Part shown: positions 50,022 through 64,000 of the stretch, piece after piece
How positions within the stretch are numbered: position 1 is the first letter of the stretch
How the letters are laid out: each line of letters starts with the position of its first letter
From: Tubiluchus corallicola
Taxonomy: Eukaryota; Animalia; Priapulida
NCBI GenBank assembly: GCA_030141605.1
Contig: JAQGDQ010000106.1
Span: 248,001-312,000 of the forward strand
DNA: 64,000 nucleotides
Direction: 5' to 3'
Program-made: the position numbers and the translations under genes
The notes under the pieces: generated by a model
The model's database searches: none
What the model was told of the DNA's origin: nothing
The model's input: only the letters and a program-made list of their open reading frames with translations

Positions 50022-53000
50022 CTGAAAATACAGAAAATACAAATTATCACTAATTACAAAAGACGCTAGATTTTGTGCAATCCCTGAAGATTTGTAGTGT
50101 GAACAAACCAACATTAACAACTGAAGTCACTTGTCGGCCCCAATTGATGTATCATTAACTTATAGGTGACTCTTTCACCTTCAGTTTTTGACATGTCCAT
50201 GGACTGTGATCATACAAGTAGAATACAATTACTAGTAACAGAAAGCCCTCGACAAGGGGATATAGTTGTCCCGATACCAGTCGATGTGAGAACTTGGAAT
50301 TGGTTGTGAGCATACTATAGCAGATTAATATAAAGTTGCTTGTAAAGCTTGTGTGTGTATTAGCCATTAAGCTAATTGTTGCAAGGGTGATGTCTTTATT
50401 AATGACTGCCATGGTTTATTTGACCATTGATATGAACACTGTTAATTAACATTTAAAAATTGCAAAAAAACATTAATCAATTTGATAAAACATTTGATTA
50501 AAAACTAATCAATATTCTTTGATAAAACATTTAAATTCTTATCTTCTACGCAACTTATACAATCTTTCACTAAGTATATTTTGGCTAGCTGCATACTAGA
50601 TAAATCGCATCAATTCACAATATTGTGAGAAAGTGTGGAAAAATTTCTAAACACATCTTTCAGAGATACATTACTTTCCATAACAATTTTATACAAGTTG
50701 AAACCCATTACTGCGTTAACACCTTATAATGTATGTTTGGCTAAAAGTTGACTGTCGTGTAATTACTATTTTTACAGACTACATAGAATTTAATAGACCG
50801 TTTTGATAAGTTCTTGCTCGGTTGAACAGTGTCAGTAATGTGGGTAATATTCATACCTCTGACCATAAAGATGAGAATACTAAAATAAAATAGTCTAAAA
50901 GGCTAATAGTAACTGCTGGCAAAATTATTTTCAAGCAACGGCTGACTCAAATAAATTATAAAGACGTTAAATACGCCCATAGCAAACAGCTGTGTTAGAA
51001 AACCTGGCTAAAACTCTACTCATTGTGGCTAGAAGTTGGAACCATATATCATTCTTACATTCTCCAATATGCAAGCTAAATGCTTGTCCCTTATTTATTG
51101 CTCAGCTTTTGTGCAAAAATAATACGCCAAAGCGTTGTGTGTTTGTGTTAGAAATGTAGACTCAATTTTTCACGAACATGTAGACAGTATGTACGCAAGA
51201 AATAATGCTCACGTAGTTTCTGTCTAATTTTTGCCTTACCTGATACTTATAATTGACCGAAGTATTGGTGTTTTTCGTCAAAAACTGTACTTTTCCAAGC
51301 AACAAATTTTAGTTGTACGGAAAATCAAAGTCGTAAACACATCTTATACAACTGAGGAAACGATATTGCTGAAATAATTTACGAACTAGGACTAGGTGGG
51401 TTAGTTCACATTCAAGTAATTTTCTGCAAGAGCTTTGTTAACCCTCCTCAAACAACGTGTTACTGAAACTAAATGGAGATTAATATTAAGTGAAAAATTT
51501 GCAGCCTACAATGTTTACGCGTTCGCTACTCCTGCACATTCTGGCCGCTGACTGACTGCAAGTACTCTGGAACAGAATTTAGACTAAGATTCCAGGGCAA
51601 GCAGGTGGGGTGGGGGAAAAGGCGAGACCCACTATGTGGACCTATGCGTAACCTTTGGCGAGGTATCTAAGAGATACGTGTTGTAATACGTAACCATCTG
51701 TATTCTGAGGAGAGGTTGAGGTGAACAAACTGAACATTTTGACCCTTTACGGAGAAATTAAATGCACAGTTTATGTATTAAAGAACGTGTGTTAGAATGG
51801 TTGCGAATCGATGAACCGAATCATATGTGAGTTGACCCAAAATTGAAAGGTCATTTATGGGTCACAATTAGGGCAAAATATAACTCAATGAATGAAAACT
51901 CTGTTAAATATGTCAAATTACTGATCTCATAGTAATGCATACATTACAAAAGGCATTGTTTTGTACAACATACAACTATAATGAACTATACCAAATCTAC
52001 CTGACAATTTGCGCAGCTTGCGCTTGCAAATCGGAAAGCAACCTGTAACTTTTGCGCTTACCACTTACAAAACTTTATAGGCTTATACGCAAAACTGCGA
52101 AATTTACGCTACATATCCCTCGAACTTAAAAGCAAACTACACAATTAATATGCACAGCTTTTTATTTTACACGAGAAATTCTAAAACTTTCTACTCAACG
52201 AATATTTTAGTCTTCTCAGAAGAAATACAAACAATCTGGGAGGATGTTTTTACACGCGAGAGTTGTACTAATTTAATGTTCACAGGAAATGTGCAGAACG
52301 TCCCTTTGATGTGTCCCACGGTCGCACCGTTTATAAAAATCATGTACAAAACTCGCGAAAGAGGATGCTAAACGTTCGCCAGACTTGCGACAATGCTGCA
52401 CAGTTAAAACAAAACAAAAAAACAAGAATTTTTAGGTCCGCGAGCATAGCCTTCTTTTGTGGGATCACTACATTTTTAGCAGTTTCAAGAACTAATTCCG
52501 ATTCATCAGCTAAATGTAAGTGTAGTGCGAAAATACTTACAAAAAAAAAACGCTTGAAATATATACAAATTAAACGCGGAGAGTTGCGTTCTTTGAATGT
52601 GTTCAACAGTTTAACTTTATTACTTGATCTGCAATAGCGTAAGATGAATTAGAAATTTATAATACCAACTCGCGATAAAAACTGTGTGGCAATAATTACA
52701 GTTATTACATCTACAAGTAGCAGATTGCGGTAGATAGCCATACATAGTCATAACATCACGCATAAACTGTAGAATGCGTAAATTCTAAAAAAATAATTGT
52801 TGCAAGTTAATGTATCGCCTACAAGGTACACTATGCATGGTCATTCATTTTTACGTAAAAAAACAGTTGAAAACTGAAGTTAACAAGTCAAAAATTAAGA
52901 AAAAAAGACTCATTACTTTAGAAACTTACAAAATGTTCTATGCTGATATAGCACACGTGAATTGTTTAAAAATTGAAAATGCTACTTTTTAGTAACTCTT

Positions 53001-53948
53001 ATTCACTCGCATCATTTTTTAATAAGAACAGATTTTTAATAAGGAAGTAGTAGTTGGTTTCAAAGCACCGATACAGTTACCATTATTTTTTTATAATTCA
53101 TGAACGAAATCGAAAACTTAAATTAACTTGTTGATTTAAGCAATTGAAACAGTCATTTCCATTCTCTACTTTTCTTCAGTTCTAAATTAGCCTACATTTA
53201 AATTAAACTCATGGACAGCAATAAGTGAATTTTACTGATTCTTATTTCCTAGCGATAGCAGAAACTATAATAAATTTGTTGGCAGACCTGCCTCGAGCTT
53301 TGCTGCTACAAACTTATGGTAACTATAGATTAGAACTTATTAATTAGTCCAATAAATTATAAATACAGTAGTAAAACAAATATTTTTGTACGTACCATTA
53401 CATTTACTAAGGTTTTTTGTCTTTAGTTACTTAAAATTAATGAGAAAATTCAATATAGCTGAAGGGCTCATAGCTCCAATTTATCTTAACTGATGACGAT
53501 TTTGTGCATTTTACTTTCAAAATAAATTACATTTCCTTTTTAAGCTAAACTTTTTATTATTATTTACAGAATGCGAAATAGCACACAAATTAAAGCTGTA
53601 TGTAGAAAACCTAAATAAATAAAAGTCTTTGAGACAAGCTGAAAACCTATCCTGCAGCTTTATTTATAACATTGGTACCAGGTACTTTGGGCTGAAAAGA
53701 CAGAGTAGGCCTATAGGTAGGCATAAATTACAAATTTTCAAACGAACATGGCTCCTGATCTTGTACTCCATAAAAATATGAGTGAGTTATATGTACAAGG
53801 TAACAACTAGGAATAGCCTGGACTCATACTAGGAACAGGTATTTACATTGACAACATACAGCAGGAACAGGTTCAGAAGGACAATCGCCGTAATCTCTGC
53901 CATTGTTTTAACTCCCCAGGGGCGAACCAAACACGAGGCTGTACTTAC

Positions 53949-54059
53949 CTTGCCAGACAGAGTACAAGGAGAAGGTGGTCTCCGTTTCTCCTCACCCTCG
54001 TTATAGTTCATGCTCCAGAATGATTGTAACAGGAAGATATACAACAATGACGGGTGCAT
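53949..54059 (-). CDS. TRABD2: TIKI exon 1 (signal peptide and N-terminal Cys)
   Basis: MHPSLLYIFLLQSFWSMNYNEGEEKRRPPSPCTLSGK|gtaagt, phase 0. All 8 exons sum to 1500 nt (499 aa plus stop). Confidence 0.8.
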
Positions 54060-57000
54060 ATTTGTGCCAACCCATCTAGACGACAAGGCGGTCGATCATC
54101 GGCAAAATTTTGTTGAAAATTTCGAGTATTCTTGACAGCAAAGTTTGCGAGCATTCGCAACTGAACGCGCATCGCGCATATCTATACACGCGTGCATTAA
54201 CACTGACTTTTACCGTGGTTAACTTTGTTTAATCCACAGACACATGGCATTATTTTACCACTGATTAACGTTTACATGTCACTCGGCCTTTCTAAATCCA
54301 CAAAGATCAAGCGATAAGGCTCATTAAGTAATAATTTGGTACACATTTCACCAACTTTGTCAGAACTTAGTTTTTCCTACCAACGAAGTTCGCGAAGCTT
54401 ATTTACAGCAGCAGAGAGTACTGCACGCTGATTGGTGGACCCAAGTTGACAGACTAGCTTACTTTTCTAGGGGTGGGGGCCTTATGAACAGTGCAAAACG
54501 TGCACCTCAGTACTTGATCAAATTACTTTTAATTTTAGCGAAAAAGTGTAGTACAGTAACAAATAATATTATTCGACTTATAGGTTTCGTTTAATTACGA
54601 AAATAAGGAATTTTAATAATAAAGCTAAAGGCGTTAAAGTAATTTGAACATTTAAAATGACATCTAGTGCTTTTAATTAACGTTAGTTAAGTTTAGTAAT
54701 TTAATATGTTTATATGCGCTTAAAAATTTTCAAGAACAAAAACAATATTCCGCAAACAAGTTATCAATTTCTTTGTAAATTCATTCATTTATTGCAATGG
54801 GGGCCTACTGTGTAAAGTAGGTAAGACAACATACCAAGAAATTAACCACCGCATAATTTGACAAAAATATGCTGCATGAAAAAGTATATCACATTATAAT
54901 ACGAGAGCACAACTTTTGCCTTTTACTTTCAAGTACAGCATAACTAACTGCTCATTGTCGTTTATTTTAGGGCTCTCAATAATGCAGGTATCATATTTAA
55001 CTTAATACACATGTATGTGATTAATAATTCCCTTTGTTAAGTAACTCTGTGTAGTAAAATAATGTATTTTTACGTGCGTTCATAAATAAAAAACGACATA
55101 ATTATTGATTCCGGACGTCAAATCAATTAATTACATTTTATATGTAATACAATCTATATGACGTTAACAGTTTGCATAAATGTGTGACGTTTCTCTTACG
55201 CAGTTTTGATTAGCACAGCTGTTTGGAATACAAAAGTTCTAGGTCCAAGTATCATTACAGAAACGGTTTTAGGTCTTTTTAATTTTTATTACAAAAATCT
55301 GCTCCAGCTTGCGTTTTATGGTCTTATCAAATCTAACTTAAAATAAACTTTTATCGATCTATCTTTTGCGTGCTGAGGCTATGAAACAATCATGGCTTTA
55401 CGCAGACAAACATTTGCAAACATAAACGTGGTAAATTTACAGATTAATGACGAATTATAATTTTGAAACTAATTAATTCAGTTCCGACTTTCAACCGGAG
55501 TTTTTTATTAAATAGAAATTAGGGTTTATTATATATATATGTGTGTGTATGTATGTATGTATGGTAACAACAAGAAAAATAAATATCATAAGCACGTACA
55601 GGTGCTAACTTGCTAATCCAGTCTAGCCCGCAGCCAATTTCCAACTCTGGCCAACCTACATTTACAAATGCCGTTCACAAATATGTGTGCGTAACCTTTA
55701 GTTTTATTAATCCTGAAAATTTCAAGGCCTGCCGACGATATCAGAAGCTGTTCAGCATAAAAATATTGTGTTACAAAACACCAGCTAAGCTGCAGTGATT
55801 ATTGTGACTAATAAGTGCAGATGACAGCTGGTAAAGTGTTAAACCCGTAGATTATTTATTGTTCAATGGAAATATGCGCTATTTGCTTTTTCGGTGGCCC
55901 CCGGCGAGTCCAAATAAGCCATCTCTGAATTTTTCTTTCATCTTGCGACTGAGGTTTGTTTTGGAAAAGAGGAACAGACTAATTCTTTTACGCTTGTGAA
56001 GCTGACACGCACTTAACAGAAGACCGTATCCGTTTTCTTTGCTTACTATAAACGTGACGTGATCTCGCTAAAGTATTTAACATGTTGGCGGACGCCACTG
56101 CGAAAGGTTGAATGCCTTGAGCCGGCAAAGAGCATATGGTGGGAGGTAGGGTTAAGCTGTGTTCACTCTGGAGGTAGCTTTAACCTATCAGTCTTCCACT
56201 ATTGTACTGGTTTTTTATCTATGTACAACTACTACTGACTATCTCTATCGCACTACAAGCAGTTTCTGCTAGGAATAATAAAGTACACAGGTTGTACGAT
56301 AACACAACTGGCTGTTTCATTACTTAATAAAGCAAACACAATTTACTGGTATGGATAGTAGAACATGCTCCTAGCACACCACAGATAATTTACACACAAT
56401 AATGTTTCATGCAACTAAAAATTAACCTTAACATCGGTGACAACCATAAAGCACAAATTTCCAATAGTTTGGTTGTAAGTAATTAGTTTGTGATTATTAA
56501 AAGAACAAGTACTGCAATGGCATTCAAATGATCTCGTATCTACTTTAACCTGCATTTACATAAAAAACACAATATGCAGCTAGGACACAATTTCTAAGGC
56601 TTTTGAGCCTCTAACTTGAAACAGCAGAAAATCTTACTGACAAATACCTAGACTTAGAAAACGTCAAAGAACAGTGTATCACACGCACATGCACCAAGTT
56701 TGGTCTGCATGAGCAAAGTAATTTTGTGTAACGTAATGCAAAACGTCTGAATGCAGAATGCTGCAAGTAATTTTCTATCTAACTTTTTATTTCGTATTTT
56801 TGACCAATGAGGCAGGGAACAAAGTATTTTACCTACAATAAGATTTAAGTTTAAAGCATTCACATTATAGGCAACACTACCAATAAACAGAGTGACTTGA
56901 AGTTCACACCACCTGGCAAAACCAGAAGCAGCCTTAAGCTTTGTTCCCATCATTTGGTCATTTTCATAATATTAACACCAGTGATGCACCAAATATCAAC

Positions 57001-58213
57001 ACTTTAATGCTGAAAAATTTAGAAACATTGAAATCACAATATATCACTTAATGTTCATTGAACATTGTGGTTATTGATACTGACAATAGGTAGTAAGACG
57101 CAATGGGAGATTTGAAGCCAATACAGCTGTATGTTTGTCTCCCTTGTTGTTCTCCTTCATGTTCTTGTTGTTCTCCCCCCCCCCCCCAACAAAGATCTGA
57201 CAGAACAGATGCAGCAAACTAGAAATCTGCATTCTACTATCAATCCTACAAAAGCCAAAGTAATATTGCAATTCTTCTTCAACTGTTAGCATGACACACT
57301 AAACAAAGTCACAACAATAATATTTGTACAGATTTATACAAATGTTGTATTACTGATCAATATCATAAATAACTTATAAACCTATTTACAAGACACAAAA
57401 TCTTTGTAGCAAAGGCAAATGGCTTCAGCAATGAGCAGGCAATTTTTTCCTTGCTCTGAAAACATAGGTCAAAATTCTTGCATCATAGCCTAAATGCTAT
57501 ATCAAGGCCATGTTTTAAAATATATATACACGTATATGTATACTTTCTTGCCACGAATCACTGTTCAGCTCTTAAATACAACTATAATTTTAAAAATGAA
57601 TTATTTTTGCAACTATCGTACAATGAAACGGTTTATAACATAATAATGAGACTCACATCAGCAGGTTACGATGTTTTCAATAAACATAAACAATTGTCAA
57701 CAAATGCAACACAAAAGCTGACCAGAGAACAAAGAATATATGAATAAAAAGGATTAAGCCTTAATTGGTCTTCACAGCACAATATGAGTTTCACTATACT
57801 TTCCTAGGAACAATGTGAAAAGCAAAAATAATAAAGAAATACATCACATATAATCTAATGATGTTTTGGGTAAAAAACTGTTAAACCTAAACAAGATGAC
57901 TAATTATATAATTAATAAAAGTGATTAGGTAACTAATTAATAATGTTCGCTTACTTAATCAGCCCTGTTTCAGCTCCACACAGATAAAGGCCTTAGAAAA
58001 AGGCATTTAACAATACACAACGATAATGGCTCTGGTTCACACGTCATTGTAAATTTTTCAACTTCTTTTCAAGTAATCACCTCTGAGTCATAAAATGGCT
58101 CCACCTTGACACTGGATTCCTGAACCACAAAGTCACTGAATATTTCCACAATAAACAAAACCAGTTAATAATTAATATAATACAAAAAATTGCTGTACAA
58201 TAGGAGGGATGCA

Positions 58214-58305
58214 TTATTGATTGCGCCTGCCACCTCCTCTACCTTGTCCCCCTCCTCCTCGGCCACCACCTCTTCCAGGTCCTTCTCTGCGGCTTCCAAA
58301 TGCAC
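58214..58305 (-). CDS. LSM4: LSM4 exon 5 (RGG tail and stop)
   Basis: ccgccag|GT GCA TTT GGA ... GAFGSRREGPGRGGGRGGGGQGRGGGRRNQ*; phase-1 acceptor. Confidence 0.88.
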
Positions 58306-59058
58306 CTGGCGGTAAATAAAAAATTGCAATGAAAAATTGTTCTTAATGATTACTTGCCCCTAGCAAAATTTCGAAAGCCATAAGTTTTATGGCAATGTAA
58401 TGTAATGTATTTCATTGACCACCACGTCAAATCGGCAGTACTCCTACGAGAAATTTAGAAATACTCATATTATCATGAGGCGAATACATCTTCTCCCTCA
58501 CAACATTATTAGTACAAGTTGAGTTTGACAGATTCTTCTTGAGATATAACTATCCAACATGTCACCACTACTGTACTGCTTAATTTACAACTTGATTCTA
58601 AGCTAAAAGCTAAAATACATGCTAAACTGACTAGGAACTTGTTTAGTCTAAAAGAAATGAAGTAAAACAAAAAATGTAGACAACTTATAAGCATTGGTCA
58701 TATTCAAAGACTAGAATAACGAAACTAAAATTGCCTCTCCATGTCAAACCTTCACGTTATGATACATTATGGTAAACTTTTTAACACACTCTCTAATTAT
58801 TTGCCACTACCTAGCACTTAAGTTGTACTACGGATCTAATTTGACACTGAATCCAATGACCATAAAATTTCTAACCTGACTTCTATCAGAGAATAATATA
58901 CCTTACATCCTTTCCGTATATATTTATAATGGACAGGTAAGTGCTGCCAACTGGCAGCAGGGATTTCAAGCTTTTCCAGTTCCAAGCAAAAGACTGCCAA
59001 ACAGTAATTACTGATAGATGTTTATAAGTCATTACAATCTCATAAGAAAGACGATTAC

Positions 59059-59248
59059 CTCGGCCACCTCCTCCTCCTCCTCCTCTACCTCCCCGAGCAC
59101 CCCCTCTGCCTTTAGCATCTCCTCGCCCTCTTCCCTTTGCTATTGCCTCCTCTTTCACCATATCAATGACTTCATCAGGTATTCGCAAATATTTGATAGT
59201 TGTACCACGAATAAAGCACTCAGGCATTCTCCAAAACCTGTCACCATC
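59059..59248 (-). CDS. LSM4: LSM4 exon 4
   Basis: [43 protein letters not shown]... G|gtaatc. Confidence 0.97.
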
Positions 59249-60333
59249 CTGAAAATTAAAGCAACCAGGTTATAGCCAACAGATAAGTCCTTTGAATTAC
59301 AAATAGGAAGTCATGATTTGTCTTTAATTCATATTCCGTAAATACTGAATAGTGTGAACAGGTGCAGTTTGATTTATAACAAATATTAACTGACAAAAAG
59401 CAACTAACCAATTGACTGTGGCACTATTTGTACTTCAAATGTAATTATGTGCAAACAAGTTTTTGTTGCAGGCTTTAAAGCTATGTATTAATTAATTTTT
59501 ATTCAAGCCAATACCTTTTTAAGGCAAAATAATATGCCAACTCAATTTCACAATGCGACCTTTGTCATAGATGTTATTAGTTGATTTGTTTGACACAAGA
59601 TTCTCACATTTGTAGGCATCAGTTGGTTAATATGGCAACTGGTCCTCATTCCAGGTTGACAAACAGAAGATAAATTTATGTATGAACTTACATCTTACAG
59701 ACATTCAGACACTGTAGTTTAAGACAGCTTAATCTTGATTTAGATTATACGTCGATTGAAACTGTGTTTACATTCAGCAATAACTTTCAAACTTTGCGCA
59801 AATTCATTAATCACTGTCTCACATGCTACTACTTATAACAAAACCTTAACCACCTTCTTTTTATTTTTTATTTTTTTGTAATCATACATTGACTACACAT
59901 GCCGAACATAACTGCTACTTATAGGTTTAGTTGGTCATTTGATTGTGTAATGTTACTTTATTTGTGATTTGTTTTTATTTGATCTTTATAGTCAATTAGC
60001 ATAATTAATATAGACTGGTGCCAGCAACAGCTAGCTTAAACATCACACATTACCCCATCTGCCCAATCTTCATCCAAATATATCAACAATTTATTTTTTG
60101 TTTAAATGTGGAAAAACTCAGAATAATTTACAAATTAATGGAAACTTCTTCTTGAAAGTGGTTGATAGGATGCCATTTAATTTGGCAGGCAATTTTTTCA
60201 TTTTCAGTAACAACGATTTAAGTCACCGTGACAGTCAATCACTATTATTTCACCATGAAAAAGGGGAAATTTTTTGTCGTTCTATGGTACTTGCCAGCAA
60301 GCTATCAAGAATGCAAGTTATTAGCAAACTTAC

Positions 60334-60432
60334 TCTTGATGTACAAATCACTTCTCGCAGATTGATGTTCATCCAGTTATCACAGTTGACCAAATGACCA
60401 TTATAGGTTTCACCATTTTTCAACTCCACCAA
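60334..60432 (-). CDS. LSM4: LSM4 exon 3
   Basis: tttcag|[33 protein letters not shown]|gtaagt (Sm1 motif). Confidence 0.98.
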
Positions 60433-61154
60433 CTGAAACAAAAACTCACCATTTAATTTAGCAAAATAAATTAATCTGCTACCATTGCATGCATAGTCAC
60501 CAAGGCATTTTGAATTTTATATGTACTTAGGCATACGGCAAGCCAGAATCTAGAACTCAAGTAGCAGCCTGATTATATTGACCTGGTACCATGTACCACA
60601 TACTACCACGCACATTTTGCATAGTAAGAGCAATATTCTCTAGATGGCAATAAGTAAAGATCAAAGCAAGTTGAACATGCAATCAACCAAAAACTAAATC
60701 TGAATTAAGAAGCTTATACTGTGTTTAGCAAGACAATTATGTTTCAGTAAAACTTATAACATCCATTGCAGCTAACACTGCACTGATCGCAAACGATAAC
60801 CTAACTGGCATTAAGTTACAAGATTCAGATTTAGTCTGGTATCGAAAATTAAGCAAATTAAAGATTCTGATTTCGTTCGGTTTCAGAAACTGCAAAAATG
60901 TGAGACTCGAATTCGATTCGGTTTGGAAAAGAAGTAAAAATGAGCTTTGAATTTGATTTGATTCTAGAAATTTAAGCTTCGTCCTACCCCAAACTTATTT
61001 TTTCCGTGTGTTTCCACTGGATACATTACACAGCCGATTTCTACATAAACAAACATATAACAAGGGTCTTCAAAACACAGTTTTCATATACTATGTTTCC
61101 TGGCTTAAAAATGAACATAAAATATAAGAAAACACAGAAAAATCGACGACTTAC

Positions 61155-61196
61155 CATGGGATGATTAACTGCCGTCTTTAACAATGACAATGGCAA
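61155..61196 (-). CDS. LSM4: LSM4 exon 2
   Basis: ttttag|LPLSLLKTAVNHPM|gtaagt matches the LSM4 N-terminus. Confidence 0.95.
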
Positions 61197-62938
61197 CTAA
61201 AAACAAACGATTAACTATTAAAATAAAAATACACAGTAGACACATCTGTCGTGTAATTTATAGACTAGTTAATTTGACCATAGCATTTACATAAAGTGTA
61301 GAAAGATAATATGAATGCAGTGTACCAAATCCTTATTGTTGCATATGCAGTTTTTAGACTGAATGCAACTAAGTGTGACAGAATTTTTTTAACATTTGGA
61401 TTTTTTGTCAAAACAATATAACATGCATCTTATTTAGCAATTTAAATCTAATTATATTAACAGCAAAAACAAGAACAACGGTACTTTCACAAGAGTAATA
61501 ACTAGCATTTCTTTTTTTAAATAAAAAAATGATAATTTGTTTAAAAAAATTTTGCCATGTGAGGCTTAACTGGGCATACACAAGCACTATAATATTTGTA
61601 AGTTATATTGCACAATAGTATTCAGCACCTGTGTATAACATTGAAAACTGCACAATTATATTATGCAATTATCCACGGTATCATGTGTTGTGTGCAATAA
61701 AATGAAAATATTGTGCAAATATAATTGTCAATAAAGAGTTTCCGTTACAATTACATAATGCTTTTTCATGACCGTGGGAGTGAAATTGGCGTCATCCCAC
61801 AGTCAGGATGATTGAAGACTAGAATAATTTGTACTCAAGTGCCTACCATCACAAGCTGATTGCAGATTTTTTATAACTAGCGTTGACAGTTCCTGCGCAA
61901 TTTCAAATTAAGTAGCAAGTATTTTAGTTTGTAATTGTGCACTTTGTCTTGTCAGCATGATGCTTAAAGAACTTTCGTCCATAGAGTCAGTAGCTAAATG
62001 TGCTTGGCTACGTGATTCCATGCATCATTTCACAATCAGAATTTTTGCTGTTTAACTGTAGCAGAAACTGTAATACTACTGCGCAATATTGTCATTTTTG
62101 TTATTTTGGAGAAACCGACAGACACCATGTATTAATAATGCGAAAAGGCATATTACTTTCAACACCATGTTTTGAAGGAACAGGAATTGGTTAACAGACT
62201 TTCAAATTCTTAGATTCTACTTTTCACATGAGTACTTATACTATCTATATGGATCTACAAGGATCAGTAAATAATAAGTTGAGTTTGTGATAGCAGACTT
62301 GCCAATTCTCACACATTAGGGGTTGTCACATGCACACTAAGTCTTTCACACGTGCATATGCACAAAATTTCAGTTCTCACACATTCCGCAACTTCACAGT
62401 TTGCAAACCACATGGCTTTCCTTGCCATCAGTGCCAACCACCGCAACACAAATAGTAGTTATACACCCAATAATACAGGAGCTTCTCATAGTTCATGTCT
62501 CACAACTGGTATTACAATTACTGAAAATTACGCACATTTTGGTGCATTGAGCTTTTCTCATGTGGACAGAGAAACACATATTTATATATAAAGCATGGTG
62601 AATTGCAATGACAACACAAGAAAGCTCGAGCTGTAGTTACTCAAAAATTGCCTTAATTTTGATATCCAAAAAAGAAAAAATTCTGAGGCAATAGTATGCC
62701 CCCTTAGAACCGCCAGGTGCGCCATGATCCCCGGGCTTTCTACGTTTCACACTCATGTTTACTTTAAGATGCGGAAGGTCTGTGATGCACAAGACCTACC
62801 TACAAAAACTACAAATTCATCCAATATAATCCGGGTAAAAATCCACACACATCGACCCTTCTAAAATTAAAAGATCCTGAAATAATTTAACAGCTTTCAC
62901 AAATATTAGTTTTGGACCAAAATTCTTCCAGGTATTAC

Positions 62939-62941
62939 CAT
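62939..62941 (-). CDS. LSM4: LSM4 exon 1, coding part (ATG only)
   Basis: ctgaaaATG|gtaata; exon 2 needs only the initiator Met. Total CDS is 426 nt (141 aa). Confidence 0.7.
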
Positions 62942-63029
62942 TTTCAGTGCGTGATCTCGAAAACACAACTAAAAACGAAATTTAACCAATACCGGCAACA
63001 TTGTATTGTATTCTTGTACAGTATATTTA

Positions 63030-63055
63030 CAATTCCGGTTCCGAGTTCCGGTTTT
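63030..63055 (-). promoter_or_regulatory. Candidate LSM4 promoter with tandem ETS-type CCGGAA sites
   Basis: Minus strand reads aaaaccggaactcggaaccggaa ~90-110 bp upstream of the ATG, as often seen at housekeeping promoters. Confidence 0.4.
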
Positions 63056-64000
63056 GTTGGAAATTCAGAAAGATCATCAAAATTAATTTATGTTTGGTAC
63101 ATTAATGAATCAGTCTTATTACACTCATTGCATGATAACAGGCACGAGTTATTTCAAAGTTTGCGAGCCAACAAACAATGTTCCTTAATTTTGAGCTATA
63201 TTAAATTTGTTTATTTTGGGTGACCTTACAATAATAAGGTGCACGCGTTCCGGTTTGCATACAGTAAATATACACGCTGTACATTAATTTTTGAATCCCC
63301 AGTGTCGAAATTATTATACTATTTATAGTATTATAAATTTCTTCTTGCTTCTGCTCTGCACTTCGTCCTGCAGTTATGCTTAGGATACTAGTGTTACATG
63401 CAGTTACACCTGTATTTTCTATTTCACCTGTTTTAGGCTTTGCAAAGATTTAATATTAACAAAGGGCAAAAATCTCTATCTTATCAATGTGCTTTGTTGT
63501 GGAACAGTCTATCTAATGAACTAAAAAATGGCACCTTTAGCTATTTAATAATTAACTATAAATCCTTTCTTATTTCTAATTATCATGAGTGATTTTTCTG
63601 CTAAGATCAAATCTAATAAATCTTCTCTGTTAGTTTTAAGGTATTCCCCTTGAACTAATCTATTATTGTATTAACTATAATTATAATATCATACTCATAG
63701 TACATTTTCTCATCAATTATTATTATTTCTTCGCAGCTGTGAAAAGGGAAGGTAAACAATAATCTACAAACAAATCCAGCAACTACAACACTTTTTTCTC
63801 ATACATAATTTTTTATAATTTTGCCTGCTCCACTTATGTTTTTACTTCCATATTATGCTTTTCTCACTTTATATATATTCACTTTATTATAATTATTTTG
63901 CTCATTGTTTCACAGTTATCATTAAGTTTTATTATATTTTTTGAGCCATATTGTCTATTTAGTCACATACTCATATTTCACTACATATTTTGTTTGCTCC

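Noticed and set aside
60820-60992. Repeated gattcg/ttcggttt motifs in LSM4 intron 2 resembling hAT-MITE subterminal repeats
   Set aside because: No matching TIR pair or 8-bp TSD could be identified.

Overview
AT-rich genomic DNA from an invertebrate animal (spliceosomal GT-AG introns, microsatellites, LINE and MITE relics), so most short ORFs in the supplied track are spurious. Reading both strands by hand and tracking splice phases gives six genes. (1) A rhodopsin-class GPCR on the minus strand, truncated by the left edge (1-678). (2) Head-to-head with it, a probable 3-exon orphan gene ending in the CtBP-binding motif PLDLSKK (1211-2537, +). (3) A 95-aa secreted Gly/His/Tyr-repeat protein ending in an amidation-type GKKK (7792-8941, -), which the ORF track shows only in wrong frames. 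(4) An 881-aa DUF229-like alkaline-phosphatase-superfamily protein encoded by one coding exon, whose catalytic residues appear lost (19395-22040, +). (5) A complete 8-exon TIKI/TRABD2 Wnt metalloprotease gene with an extra motif-duplicating microexon (23141-54059, -). (6) A complete 5-exon LSM4 gene (58214-62941, -). The TIKI introns hold nested fold-back, HINE and Tc1-MITE elements plus several decayed LINEs. The best leads for new biology are the GHY-repeat protein, the putative DUF229 pseudoenzyme, the duplicated TIKI FN(D/E)LWVRL exon and the disulfide-less aminergic-like GPCR. All family assignments come from recalled motifs; no database search was run.
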